A DNA stretch of 64,000 bases. Origin: Candidatus Zhuqueibacterota bacterium (GTDB taxonomy: Bacteria; Zhuqueibacterota; Zhuqueibacteria; Oleimicrobiales; Geothermoviventaceae). How positions within the stretch are numbered: position 1 is the first letter of the stretch; each line of letters begins with the position of its first letter. The stretch lies in NCBI GenBank assembly GCA_034506315.1, contig JAPDPT010000005.1, positions 36,653 through 100,652 on the forward strand. Reading direction: 5' to 3'. Below, piece by piece: positions 1 through 9,259 of the stretch. Under the pieces are notes generated by a model, which was not told the origin of the DNA, searched no databases, and saw nothing but the letters and a program-made list of their open reading frames with translations. Both the position numbers and the translations under genes were made by a program.

Positions 1-1045
1 GGATCCCCTTCTTGAGGCAACGGACGGTGAGATCGTAGAGGGTCTCGGGCGACGTGAGATTCAACCCGTAGTTACTCGGATCGTCTGCGTACGGTTCGAA
101 AAGCAGCGCTCCGCGCGAGCCCATGGCTCCGTCGGCGAAGAGCTTGAGCGCGCGGGCCATTAGCATGTCCCTACCGGGATCCAGAATAGGCCCTTGTGCG
201 AGCAGCAGATCGAGCAGGGGCCCCGGCGAGGCCATTACGTAGACGCGGATCTTAGCCTTCCCCTCCCGGACAAGCTTCCTGTACGCAGCGAACGTGGGGG
301 AGTCGACGCCTGCGTCGTGGACGCACGTCAGACCGAGCGAGGCAAAGTGGTCCATCGCCCGAGCCAGGTAGCGCTCAAGGTCCTCCGGCGTCGGCTGCGG
401 AAGGACGCGGCTCACGAAGTCCATCGCGTTGTCAATGAGAATGCCGCTCGGCTCCTGGGTGCCTTCCACCCGCCCGATGACTCCCCCCGGTGGATCCTTC
501 GTAGAAGCGTCGATGCCGGCAAGAGCAAGGGCGCGAGAGTTCACCCACACGACGTGTCCGTCGATCCGCCAGAGACATACGGGATGCGCAGGAGCGACCC
601 TGTCCAGGTCCATTTTCGTGGGAAACGACTTTACCGGCCAATCATTGTGATCCCAGCCGCGGCCGAGAATCCACTTTCCCTCTGGGATGCGCCGGGCCGC
701 CTCGGCCACCGCCTCGAGGGCCTCCTCCAGACTCCCCTTGCCAACCAGATCCACTTCCTCCAGCGATCGCCCGATCTCCGCAACGTGGACATGGGCGTCC
801 AGAAAGCCGGGGTAGACCACGAGTCCCGGGGGCAGCTCAAGCCGCTCGCGGGCGGCCTCTACCTCCCGCCGAAGAGATTGCCGATCCCCCACCTTGAGGA
901 TCTTTCCGTCACGAATGAGCATCACCTCAGCGATCGGCTTTTCCCTGCTCATGGTCACGATCTTCTCCGCGACCACGGCCAGGTCAGCCTGCTCCCGGCA
1001 TCCCACCGCGGCTGTCAGAACCAGCATTGCCAAGAAGCTCCGCAT
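1..1045 (-). CDS. Amidohydrolase-family (amidohydrolase-3 / YtcJ-like metal-dependent hydrolase) lipoprotein; the 3' end is cut by the window edge
   Basis: Manual minus-strand translation from the ATG at 1043-1045 gives MRSFLAMLVLTAAVGC (lipoprotein signal with lipobox Cys) followed by ...VYPGFLDAHVHVAEIGRSLEEVDL...WRIDGHVVWVNSRALALAGI...ADGAMGSRGALLFEPYADD, and stays open to position 1. It is missing from the ORF track because there is no stop inside the window. The plus-strand ORF 194..1075 is its antisense shadow. Confidence 0.65.
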   Translation of the reverse strand, partial: MRSFLAMLVLTAAVGCREQADLAVVAEKIVTMSREKPIAEVMLIRDGKILKVGDRQSLRREVEAARERLELPPGLVVYPGFLDAHVHVAEIGRSLEEVDLVGKGSLEEALEAVAEAARRIPEGKWILGRGWDHNDWPVKSFPTKMDLDRVAPAHPVCLWRIDGHVVWVNSRALALAGIDASTKDPPGGVIGRVEGTQEPSGILIDNAMDFVSRVLPQPTPEDLERYLARAMDHFASLGLTCVHDAGVDSPTFAAYRKLVREGKAKIRVYVMASPGPLLDLLLAQGPILDPGRDMLMARALKLFADGAMGSRGALLFEPYADDPSNYGLNLTSPETLYDLTVRCLKKGI

Positions 1046-1146
1046 TTTGTTCCTCTCCTCATGGAGGACCCTTGATGGGCATCCCACGGACTTAGAGGTC
1101 TTCCCAGTAGAGCGCGCGTCTCCCGGACGCCCCAGATGCCGCTGGC

Positions 1147-2946
1147 CTACCGGACCACCGCCACCTTTGTCACCCGCGTCTGTCCTCCTGCGATGACGTG
1201 CACCAGGTACACGCCGCTGGCCACTGGCTCCCCATCTCTGTTCCGGCCATCCCAGCGGTACATTCGTCGCAGGCCCTCGGGCTGGGAACCCAGGGATTCC
1301 TCGCGCACAACGCTGCCAAGGGCATCGGTGACGGCGATACGCACCTCCGAGGGCTGATCCAGCACGTACTCAAGGTAGACAAACCCGTGTTCCTCCGGAC
1401 GGAAGGGATTGGGGGCTGGGTCCAGGATCTGGAAACGAGGTGTGTAGCCCGAAGGGCGAAGCTGCACACGAATCTGAAAGCGGAGGCGGGAGGTGCCGAG
1501 CCCCATTCCGTGGCTGACGTTCACCGGAACGACCAGGAAGGTGGACGAACGGCCGAGGTAACCCAGGTCCAGGTCGCGAGCCCCGAGGGGGGTTTGCGCC
1601 CAGTGGAGGCCATCGGCGTCCCACACCGCGACTCCGCAGATCCAAGCCGAGGGCAGATCGAAGTCCAGGGAAGCCATCCAGCGCCCTGTGACCCCGGTGC
1701 GGAAATGCAGAAAGGTACCTGCCAGCTTCTCCGTGGAATCGGCCAGGGTCACCGCGCTATCCACTTCGACCTCATGGTTGAAACGAAGTTCGGGATACGC
1801 GTGCCCCTCGGGGTAGAAGCGCGTGGTGTCGGCTCGGCTTGCGGTGAAGTAGTTCCAAACCTGAAACTCAGCCAGTGCGCGCTCGAAGCCGTCGCCGTGT
1901 TGTTTCAGGACCGCCGTCATCGCATCGATGGCGGAGAGGTTGACCATTCGCTCCCAGATCTCGCGCAGAACTTCACGCCCATACACTCGCTCCAGCATCT
2001 TGTTCCAGAGGGAAAGCCCGTACTCGTGCCAGCCATCTGCGGTCGGGAACGGCTTGTCGGGGTGGGCAAAAAAGGAGGGGAGATACTGGTAGTAGTCGTT
2101 CACTTCGTCGTAAACGACGTCTTCCATCCAGACGCCGGAGGCCTCGTAAAAAAAGACGTCCTCCTGCCGGTAACAGCGGTAGCCGAAGTGAATGGCGTGG
2201 AAGAGCTCGTGGGCAGCGGTTACCTTCAGGGCCTGGATCCCGCGGGTGAAGTACCGGGGCCCCGAGAAATCGTTGTCCACAACGATGAACGACGTCCAGT
2301 CGTCCTGGGGCGTTTGGGGAATTTCGCTTTCCGCCGTTGTGTAGCCATAGTCGTTGATGTTCATGATGTAGACGTCGTACTCTGGGCCGTCCACGCCCTG
2401 GTCGTCCGGGGGCGGTCGAAAACCGAGCTCCCCTACCTCCACATCCCAGCAATGCTCGAAAATTTCGGCCGCCGCTTCCACGAAGGAGGTCGTGGTGGCG
2501 TGCGAGCCGGAAAGCGTGTAATGGATCCGAAAACGGCCCTTCGGGCTCACGATTGCAAGGGGAAGAACGGAAGCCGGAGGCCGGCTGGAAAGCTCCTGGA
2601 CAGTCTTCCGGAGAGCGGGCGGGAGGTCCTGGCAGTGCTGCCCGAGTTCGTATAGGAGGGGCGTGGTTCCGCGCGGTGCCACCGAGACGAAAGGACGAAT
2701 GGACTCGGGTATGGCCTCCGGCTTTACCACCCAGAGAAATTCGTATGCGAGAGCTTCGGCGTAGCTGATGCCGAACCGCTCCGCCAGCTGTAGCGTCTGC
2801 GTGCGGGCAGCCCATCCCTGGCCCCAACTCGCAAGGCAGAGAACGGCAACGATGCCCGCCGCGCGGAGTAGGGGTGCTCTCCGTGTCCCTCTGCGCCCAT
2901 CGGATCGGTCGGGATCCGCACCGCGCCTGGACTTGTCTTTCGCCAG
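1147..2946 (-). CDS. Secreted zinc metallopeptidase (HExxH) with a type IX secretion C-terminal sorting domain; start codon uncertain (the ORF-track maximum is 1147..3093)
   Basis: The motif TAAHELFHAIHFGY is a zincin HExxH site. The C-terminus ...RDGEPVASGVYLVHVIAGGQTRVTKVAVVR is a T9SS CTD. A signal-like segment RRAPLLRAAGIVAVLCLASWGQGWAA is present. The annotated Met at 3093 would overlap der (which ends at 2969) by 125 nt, and there is no in-frame ATG/GTG/TTG before the signal peptide; an in-frame CTG lies at 2946. Confidence 0.7.
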   Translation of the reverse strand: MAKDKSRRGADPDRSDGRRGTRRAPLLRAAGIVAVLCLASWGQGWAARTQTLQLAERFGISYAEALAYEFLWVVKPEAIPESIRPFVSVAPRGTTPLLYELGQHCQDLPPALRKTVQELSSRPPASVLPLAIVSPKGRFRIHYTLSGSHATTTSFVEAAAEIFEHCWDVEVGELGFRPPPDDQGVDGPEYDVYIMNINDYGYTTAESEIPQTPQDDWTSFIVVDNDFSGPRYFTRGIQALKVTAAHELFHAIHFGYRCYRQEDVFFYEASGVWMEDVVYDEVNDYYQYLPSFFAHPDKPFPTADGWHEYGLSLWNKMLERVYGREVLREIWERMVNLSAIDAMTAVLKQHGDGFERALAEFQVWNYFTASRADTTRFYPEGHAYPELRFNHEVEVDSAVTLADSTEKLAGTFLHFRTGVTGRWMASLDFDLPSAWICGVAVWDADGLHWAQTPLGARDLDLGYLGRSSTFLVVPVNVSHGMGLGTSRLRFQIRVQLRPSGYTPRFQILDPAPNPFRPEEHGFVYLEYVLDQPSEVRIAVTDALGSVVREESLGSQPEGLRRMYRWDGRNRDGEPVASGVYLVHVIAGGQTRVTKVAVVR

Positions 2947-2968
2947 GGAACAGGACTGAGGCTCGGAG

Positions 2969-4300
2969 CTACTTGCGCCGGAAGGTGAGAACAAGGGGCA
3001 CTCCCTGAAAGCCAAATCGCTCGCGCAGCCGATTCTCGAGGTATTGCCGGTACGACGCCTTAATGCCCTTGGGAATGTTGCAGAAGAAGGCAAAGACCGG
3101 AGGGCCAGTGGCCACCTGAGCTGCGTATTTGATCTTGACGTACTTGGTCCCGTACGCGGGTGGGGGGTAAGCTGCCAGCGCTTCCTGCAGAAAGCGGTTC
3201 ACCTCGTGGGTGTCGATGCGTTTGCGGAGTTCCTGGGACACGGCAAGGGCAGCATCCAGCACATCGGTCACCCGCCAGTTCCGGAGAGCGGAGGTAAACA
3301 CGATTGGCACGTAACTGTAGATTCGGAGCTCCTCCTGTAGCGCCTTCCGGTACCTCTCGGCCAGCTCCGTGTCTTTCTGGAGAAGATCCCATTTGTTGAC
3401 GGCCAGGACGGCACCGCGTTTGGCCTCCAAGATCTCCTCCAGGATCCGCTTGTCCTGGGCAGCCAGGCCCTCGTCGGCGTCGATCATGAGGACGACCACC
3501 TCGCTGCGCCGGATCGCCCGGTGGGTCCGGACAGTACTGTAGAACTCCACCGCCTCGCGAATGCGGGAACGCCGGCGCAGCCCAGCGGTATCGATGAGCG
3601 TGATCCTCTGCCCGCGGTATTCGACGAGGGTATCGATGCTGTCGCGGGTGGTCCCGGGAATCTCCGTGACAATCAGCTTGGGCTGACCGAGCACGGCGTT
3701 GATGAAGCTCGATTTGCCCACATTGGGACGTCCCACCACGGCAATCCGGACGGACTCGTCCGCCGCCCCAGCCGAAGCGCGCGGCTGCGGCGGAGGGAAA
3801 AGGCTGACCAGACGATCGAGAAGATCCCCAATCCTGCGCCCGAGGGTGGCCGAGATGGGTACCGGGTCTCCCAGACCAAGCTGGTAGAACTCGTAGCCGT
3901 CCAGCTCCCGCCGCGCGCTATCGGCCTTATTGGCCACCAGAATGACCGGCTTACCCCTACGGGAAAGATCGCGGGCGATCTGCTGATCGAGGGGGGTCAC
4001 ACCGACCTGAGCGTCGCACACAAAAAGGATCGCCGTGGCTTCTTCGAGGGCGTACTGGACCTGCTCGCGCACGGCCTGCTCGATCAGGTCCTCGGTCTCG
4101 GGAACGTATCCCCCGGTGTCGATCAGAACGAAGCGCCGTCCTCCCCACTCGGCCTCCCCGTAGAGGCGATCACGGGTCACACCGGGCTGGTCGTCCACGA
4201 TAGCCAGCTGCTGGCGGAGAATGCGGTTGAACAGAGTGGACTTGCCGACGTTCGGCCGCCCAACGATGGCTACCACAGGTTTGTCCAGTTCCTGATTCAT
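2969..4300 (-). CDS. der: Ribosome-associated GTPase Der (EngA), tandem GTP-binding domains
   Basis: MNQELDKPVVAIVGRPNVGKSTLFNRI (first G1/P-loop), a second P-loop IAVVGRPNVGKSSFINAVLG, and DTGG/DTAG with NKAD/NKWD motifs. An ATG at 4298-4300 is preceded by GGAAGG. The ORF-track N-extension (TTG at 4369) was rejected. Confidence 0.9.
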   Translation of the reverse strand: MNQELDKPVVAIVGRPNVGKSTLFNRILRQQLAIVDDQPGVTRDRLYGEAEWGGRRFVLIDTGGYVPETEDLIEQAVREQVQYALEEATAILFVCDAQVGVTPLDQQIARDLSRRGKPVILVANKADSARRELDGYEFYQLGLGDPVPISATLGRRIGDLLDRLVSLFPPPQPRASAGAADESVRIAVVGRPNVGKSSFINAVLGQPKLIVTEIPGTTRDSIDTLVEYRGQRITLIDTAGLRRRSRIREAVEFYSTVRTHRAIRRSEVVVLMIDADEGLAAQDKRILEEILEAKRGAVLAVNKWDLLQKDTELAERYRKALQEELRIYSYVPIVFTSALRNWRVTDVLDAALAVSQELRKRIDTHEVNRFLQEALAAYPPPAYGTKYVKIKYAAQVATGPPVFAFFCNIPKGIKASYRQYLENRLRERFGFQGVPLVLTFRRK

Positions 4301-4381
4301 CGACACCGCCTTCCAGCCCGCCGCCGTCGCCGGCCATTCCTTCGCCGCGCCAAAGGATTCTCCCCGCAAAACGCGTTGTCT

Positions 4382-5728
4382 TCAGGGCCGAACGGAACGC
4401 TTCACCCACCTGGCCCTCTGCGACCCGACTCTGGTCCCTCTCCCACTCAGCACCCGCAGCACCTCGCGCAAAGACTGTCCCACCGGAATTACCTCTGACC
4501 CGATCGCTTTTTCCAGACGTGGTACGGTCCAGTCGTCCAGAAAGAGACCGTCGGGATTCAGCGCGTTCCCGGGGATAAGGACGAGATCGGGGGTTCTGCG
4601 GAAGAGTTGGCCCTCCGCGGCCAGGTCCGCCCCAACCAAAAGTCCGGACACTGATACGCTATCCCCGAAGAAGCGGTTCCTCACCGCCCGAATCTCCACC
4701 TCGAGGCCTTCGATGGCGCTCAGCGCCGGGAGCACCCTCTCTCGCAGGATCGGGGCCATGAGTTCCCCGGTCAGGATGCCGAGGGTCCGGGCTCTTGGAA
4801 GACGCTTCGGGAACTGCGGTGCCTCCATGGCAAGGACGTCCAGAAAGCTGCGGAGCATCCCCACGCCGTTTTCGACCTGGGGGAAGTCGTCGTAGCGCTC
4901 ACTGGGCGGTATGGGTAGGCCCGCAAGCAGGTACAATTCGTCGGCCAGGTAGATCCAGTGCCTGCCCAGGGTTCGCCGCAGCTCCCGGGCGATGGGCTCC
5001 AATGCCTCCACCACCTGCGCGGCCAGGCTCGAGTCCACGGGCCGCAGTTCCGGCAACCCCTGCCGGTAGCGGGTCAAACCTACGGGAACCACAGCTACCG
5101 AGGCAAGACCGGGGGCCATCTGGCGGAGATCTTCCAGGGTGCGCAGCAGCACCTCGCCGTCGTTGTAGTCTGGGACCAGGACGATCTGCGCGTGGATCTC
5201 GATTCCGCCCTCCACCAGCTCCTGGAGCTTTGCGAGGAGACCATCGTCCCTTCGAATCCCCAGGAGCTTGGTGCGAACGAAGGGATCAGTCGCGTGCACG
5301 CTCACGTACAGCGGAGAAAGCCGCTGCTCGATGATCCGTTGCAGATCGCGCCGGCCCACGTTCGTCAAGGTCACGTAGTTGCCGTGAAGGAAGCTGAGCC
5401 GATAATCCTCGTCCTTGAAGTACAGGCTTGGGCGCAAACCCGGGGGGTTCTGGTCGACGAAGCAGAAGATGCAGTGGTTGCCGCACGAGCGGTATTTTAT
5501 CTCTTCAAAGGCAATTCCCCACGGCTCACCGAAGCGGCGCCTACCGGAAAGCTCCAGCACCTCCCGCCCGCGCAGCACGCGCAAACGAACCTCTTCCTCC
5601 GACCCGTAGAATTGGAAGTCGATTTCGTCCCGGACGGGGGAGCCATTCACCTGCAGGATACGGTCGCCCTCGACCAGGCCCAGCCGGCGCGCGGTTCCCC
5701 TTCGCGCTACGTTACGTACCACCAGCAT
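4382..5728 (-). CDS. DUF512-family protein with an N-terminal PDZ domain (radical-SAM-like Cys cluster CGNHCIFCF)
   Basis: The N-terminus has a PDZ-like GLVEGDRILQVNGSPV. CGNHCIFCFVD and the overall 448-aa layout match the DUF512/TIGR03279-type family that often neighbours der. The ATG at 5726-5728 has a GGAGGG RBS 6 nt upstream. Confidence 0.65.
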   Translation of the reverse strand: MLVVRNVARRGTARRLGLVEGDRILQVNGSPVRDEIDFQFYGSEEEVRLRVLRGREVLELSGRRRFGEPWGIAFEEIKYRSCGNHCIFCFVDQNPPGLRPSLYFKDEDYRLSFLHGNYVTLTNVGRRDLQRIIEQRLSPLYVSVHATDPFVRTKLLGIRRDDGLLAKLQELVEGGIEIHAQIVLVPDYNDGEVLLRTLEDLRQMAPGLASVAVVPVGLTRYRQGLPELRPVDSSLAAQVVEALEPIARELRRTLGRHWIYLADELYLLAGLPIPPSERYDDFPQVENGVGMLRSFLDVLAMEAPQFPKRLPRARTLGILTGELMAPILRERVLPALSAIEGLEVEIRAVRNRFFGDSVSVSGLLVGADLAAEGQLFRRTPDLVLIPGNALNPDGLFLDDWTVPRLEKAIGSEVIPVGQSLREVLRVLSGRGTRVGSQRARWVKRSVRP

Positions 5729-6989
5729 CGCTTCCCTCCACCTGCCTTGCCCGGAGGTAGTCCAGGGCGAGTTCCTTGAGGACCGCCGCCACCGGCACAG
5801 CCACGAATAGCCCCACGACGCCCATCAATCGAGAGAACACTATAACGGCCAGCATCACCCACACGGGGTGAAGCCCAACTCTGTTGCCCACGATCCGTGG
5901 GCTGAGAACGGTACTCTCAACGATCTGGACGCCCTCAATCACCAGGATCGTTTTGAGCACGGTGGACCAGGGGTACGGGTCGAAGAGACCGATGAGTACC
6001 GCGACGATCAGGGTCACCGTGATCCCAACGTACGGGACAAGGTTCAGCACCCCCGCTAAGATCCCAAGCGCCAGGCTGTAACGGATCCCCGCGACGAAAA
6101 GACCAAGCGCCGTCAAGGAACCGACGAGCAAACACACCAGCAGTTGCCCCCGGACAAACCCGCTCACGACCCGATCGATGCGCCGATAAATGGCCACCGC
6201 CGCCGGCCGGTGGCGAGCCGGGACGAGGAGCTCTTTGGTCCCCTGACGAACCTTCTCGAAATCCCGCAGCAGGTAAAACGTCACGAAGGGCACCAGGACC
6301 AGGGTAAGCAACTGCCCGAGCAAGTTGGAAAGCCCCGTGCCGGCGCTCACGAGGCCGTTGAAGAGAACGCGCAACAGTCCCTGGGATCGCTGGGGCAGAG
6401 AACCGATCAGCTCCTGGACCAGCCGGGACGAGTCCAGGCCGAAACGGCTCAGGTACGGACCGACCTGATTGGTGTACCATTCCTGGAGGGCAGGGGCCTG
6501 ACTGACCATCTGCTCCACCAGCGAGCCTACCTCAGCGAGAAGCTTGGGGATCAGCAGAGCCACAACGGCCACGATGGCTCCCAGAGCCAGGGCGTCGAGG
6601 AGGAGGATCGTCAGGGTTCGCGGAAGTCCCCTTCGGGCCAGGATCCCCACCAGGGGGTCGAGAAGATAGGCCAATCCCAACGACAGAACGAAGGGAAACA
6701 GGACTGTCTTCAGAACCACGACAAGCTGGACGCAGAACACGAGCGAAATCGCCCACAGGGCCAGACGGACGCCCTGGACTCTCCGGTAGGGGTACAGGAG
6801 GACCCACGCCGCCAGCGCAAGCAGGGCTGGCGAAATCGACTCACGCAGGCGGTAGAGGGCAGCCCCCACTGCGATCAGCACAAGGCCCACGACCAGAGCA
6901 AGGAACTCGTGCCGGGCTGACCGAGCCTGCGACCTCGTCAACGCCTTCTCGCCCCCGATCGGAAACTCTGGTTGGTTCAGAGCTGCCAT
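5712..6989 (-). CDS. AI-2E family transporter (PerM/UPF0118)
   Basis: Polytopic membrane protein; the stretch ...LSNLLGQLLTLVLVPFVTFYLLRDFEKV... is typical of PF01594. The internal ATG at 6987-6989 (MAALNQPEF...) was chosen over the non-ATG ORF-track start at 7133. Confidence 0.75.
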   Translation of the reverse strand: MAALNQPEFPIGGEKALTRSQARSARHEFLALVVGLVLIAVGAALYRLRESISPALLALAAWVLLYPYRRVQGVRLALWAISLVFCVQLVVVLKTVLFPFVLSLGLAYLLDPLVGILARRGLPRTLTILLLDALALGAIVAVVALLIPKLLAEVGSLVEQMVSQAPALQEWYTNQVGPYLSRFGLDSSRLVQELIGSLPQRSQGLLRVLFNGLVSAGTGLSNLLGQLLTLVLVPFVTFYLLRDFEKVRQGTKELLVPARHRPAAVAIYRRIDRVVSGFVRGQLLVCLLVGSLTALGLFVAGIRYSLALGILAGVLNLVPYVGITVTLIVAVLIGLFDPYPWSTVLKTILVIEGVQIVESTVLSPRIVGNRVGLHPVWVMLAVIVFSRLMGVVGLFVAVPVAAVLKELALDYLRARQVEGSDAGGT

Positions 6990-7014
6990 CGATTCCCACC
7001 ATTTGTCCCCATGG

Positions 7015-7674
7015 TTAATCCCTTCGTTTCCTCGAGGCCTTCCGGCGCGACTCCAGAGGACGCGCCAGCACGCGTACGGGGGAACCGTCCCCCTCCTCGA
7101 GCCGAAGAGGAATAGCCAGGACGAAGTAGACACCGTCCTCCAGGGCGCTGAGTTCGAGCATTTCCAGCACCGGGATCCCCTGCTCGAGGAGAATACGATG
7201 GGCGGGAAGGGAAAGATCGTCCACAGGGTCCACCGAATAACTGTCGATCCCGAAGAGCTGGATCCCCGCTGCTACAACCCAGCCCGCAGCTTCCGGCTCC
7301 AAGTAAGCGCGCGTCGGGGCAGGGGCCCCGGAACCGGCTGTGCGGACAAACAGGCGCTCCACGCCCTCCGGCACTCTGGCTTCCAGATCCACGCGCCGAA
7401 CGGCTCCCGAGCTCGGTACGGACACTACGTACGTCTCCCCGATAAAACGATCCGCCGGGATCTTGTCGATCGTCACCCCGCCTGGGATCACGTGAGCAGG
7501 AGCGTCCACATGGGTGGCCACGTGGCCGGTGAGCGTGTAGCGCCTCAGCCTGTACCCATCCCCTCTCTGGAAATCGGCTACCGCTTCGACCACGGGCGGC
7601 GACTCTCCTGGGAAAACGGGCGCGCACCGACCGATGGGGAACGAAAGCTCCATCCAGGATTCAGACTCCTGCAA
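7015..7674 (-). CDS. Cyclase-family protein (kynurenine formamidase / arylformamidase-like, PF04199)
   Basis: The motif HVATHVDAPAHV matches the HxGTHxDxPxH metal-binding motif of the putative-cyclase/KynB family. TTG start at 7674 with a GGGAGG RBS; an alternative ATG lies at 7653. Confidence 0.7.
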   Translation of the reverse strand: MQESESWMELSFPIGRCAPVFPGESPPVVEAVADFQRGDGYRLRRYTLTGHVATHVDAPAHVIPGGVTIDKIPADRFIGETYVVSVPSSGAVRRVDLEARVPEGVERLFVRTAGSGAPAPTRAYLEPEAAGWVVAAGIQLFGIDSYSVDPVDDLSLPAHRILLEQGIPVLEMLELSALEDGVYFVLAIPLRLEEGDGSPVRVLARPLESRRKASRKRRD

Positions 7675-7721
7675 TGCCGTGACCTCCCAGAACGGTCTTG
7701 CTGCGTTGTACTCCCCGCCCT

Positions 7722-9152
7722 TCAGACCGAGGGATTGACGACTACGAGCTTCAGCTCGGTCATCTCCTCAATGGCCCAGCGAAGACCCTCTCGTCCGAAG
7801 CCGGATTCCTTGACGCCGCCGTAAGGCATATGGTCCACACGGTACGTAGGCACATCGTTCCAGATCACTCCTCCCACTTCCAGTCGATCCGCGGCGAGCA
7901 GGAGGTTCCGGATGTCGGCGGTGAAGACCCCTGCCTGGAGTCCGAAACGGGAATCGTTCACCAGGGCGATGGCCTCCTGGAAGCGGTTGTAGGGCTCGAT
8001 CACGGCTACTGGCCCGAAGACCTCCTCCGCGTACACTTCGCAGCTGTGGTCCACACCTTCCAGGAGAGTGGGAAGGTAGAAAGGCGGCTCGGCCCGTCCT
8101 CCAAGAAGCACCGTGGCCCCCTTCTTCACAGCATTGCCGACCCAGGTTGCCACGCGCTGGAGATTGGCGCTATCGATCATCGGCCCCACCCGAGTAGCTG
8201 GATCGAGTGGGTCGCCCACGGGAAGTGCCTGGCTGGCGCGGATCAATCGGGCTTTGAAGTCGTCGTAGATAGGCCGGTGCACGAAGATTCTCTGAACGGA
8301 AATGCAGACCTGCCCGGCCGATCCGAACGCGCCGATGGCGATCCGCTGGGCCGCGTACTCCAGATCCGGTGCGTCGGAGTGGACGATGACACCGGCGTTT
8401 CCTCCGAGCTCGAGTACCACCTTCTTGCGCCCAGCGATCGACTTCAGGTACCAGCCGACGGCTGCACTTCCGGTGAAGCTGACCAGGCGCAGGCGATCGT
8501 CGCGCACCAGCCGTTCCGCCACTTCGACGCGGGCGGGCAATACGCTCAGGGCGCCTTTGGGCAGGCCAGCCTCCTCGAACAGCTGGGCCAAGCGCAGGGC
8601 CGTGCACGGAGTGTGCGGCGAAGGCTTAATGATCACCGGATCCCCCGCCGCGATCGCCGGAGCCAGCTTGTGAAGTACAAGGTTGAGAGGGAAATTGAAG
8701 GGCGTGATTCCGAGCACGGGCCCAAGAGGAACCCGGCGCGTAAAAGCCCACCGCCGCTCCGAGCCGCGCAGCAAGTCGAGGGGGATTACCTCCCCGCCGA
8801 TGCGCTTTGCCTCCTCGGCAGCCGTCGTCAGCGTGTGGATTGCCCTCTCTACCTCCATGCCCGTGAAGAAACGCGGAATGCCCGCCTCACGGCTCATTAG
8901 GTCTACGAAGGCCTCCTTCTCCTGGGACAGGGAAGAGGCCACGCGAAGCAGGATCTCCGCTCTCCGGTAGGCCGGCAGATCGCGGAGGGACTCGGCGGCC
9001 TCCATTGCCTCACGGACGGCAAGCTCCGCCTCCGACTCACCCGCCTGACAGACGAGTCCGAGCAGGCTGCCATCGAAGGGATTACGATCTTCGAGCTTCT
9101 CGGCTGTTTCGCGCCATTCACCCGCGAGGTAAAGGGGAAAAACTTCCGCCAT
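7722..9152 (-). CDS. NAD(P)+-dependent aldehyde dehydrogenase
   Basis: The ALDH glutamate motif VVLELGGNAG and catalytic Cys context GSAGQVCISVQRIFVH are present. Start ATG at 9150-9152 (MAEVFPLYLAGEW). Confidence 0.85.
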   Translation of the reverse strand: MAEVFPLYLAGEWRETAEKLEDRNPFDGSLLGLVCQAGESEAELAVREAMEAAESLRDLPAYRRAEILLRVASSLSQEKEAFVDLMSREAGIPRFFTGMEVERAIHTLTTAAEEAKRIGGEVIPLDLLRGSERRWAFTRRVPLGPVLGITPFNFPLNLVLHKLAPAIAAGDPVIIKPSPHTPCTALRLAQLFEEAGLPKGALSVLPARVEVAERLVRDDRLRLVSFTGSAAVGWYLKSIAGRKKVVLELGGNAGVIVHSDAPDLEYAAQRIAIGAFGSAGQVCISVQRIFVHRPIYDDFKARLIRASQALPVGDPLDPATRVGPMIDSANLQRVATWVGNAVKKGATVLLGGRAEPPFYLPTLLEGVDHSCEVYAEEVFGPVAVIEPYNRFQEAIALVNDSRFGLQAGVFTADIRNLLLAADRLEVGGVIWNDVPTYRVDHMPYGGVKESGFGREGLRWAIEEMTELKLVVVNPSV

Positions 9153-9259
9153 GGCCTTACCCTCTCGATCCTCTCCCGAATCGGCCCCCTGGCGTCTCCC
9201 TTCCCGGGCCCAACAACGGCGGCGAGCGTGGGCGGTCCCGTAACGGCTCGGAGGGGACT

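Noticed and set aside
194-1075. ORF-track CDS 194..1075 (+), 293 aa
   Set aside because: It is the antisense shadow of the edge-truncated minus-strand amidohydrolase (1..1045), which has a lipoprotein signal and metal-binding His motifs. The plus-frame product is junk-like.
1198-2655. Long plus-strand ORFs, including 1198..2655, 15412..17490 (692 aa), 21631..23730 (699 aa), 26475..29261 (928 aa), 42490..43542 and many others in the track
   Set aside because: Their translations are Arg/Gly/Pro-rich and low-complexity with no motifs. They lie antisense to minus-strand genes that have clear family signatures. They are typical shadow ORFs of a high-GC genome.
4300-4369. ORF-track N-terminal extensions starting at non-ATG codons (for example der 4369, AI-2E 7133, ALDH 9263, MtaB-like 10987, PHP 16392, CPBP 20306, DapA-like 21546, transporter 36821, RND fusion 58882)
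   Set aside because: The track translates TTG/GTG/CTG as M. The extensions are low-complexity and lack an RBS, whereas internal ATG/GTG sites have good Shine-Dalgarno spacing and mark the start of recognisable signal peptides or domains.
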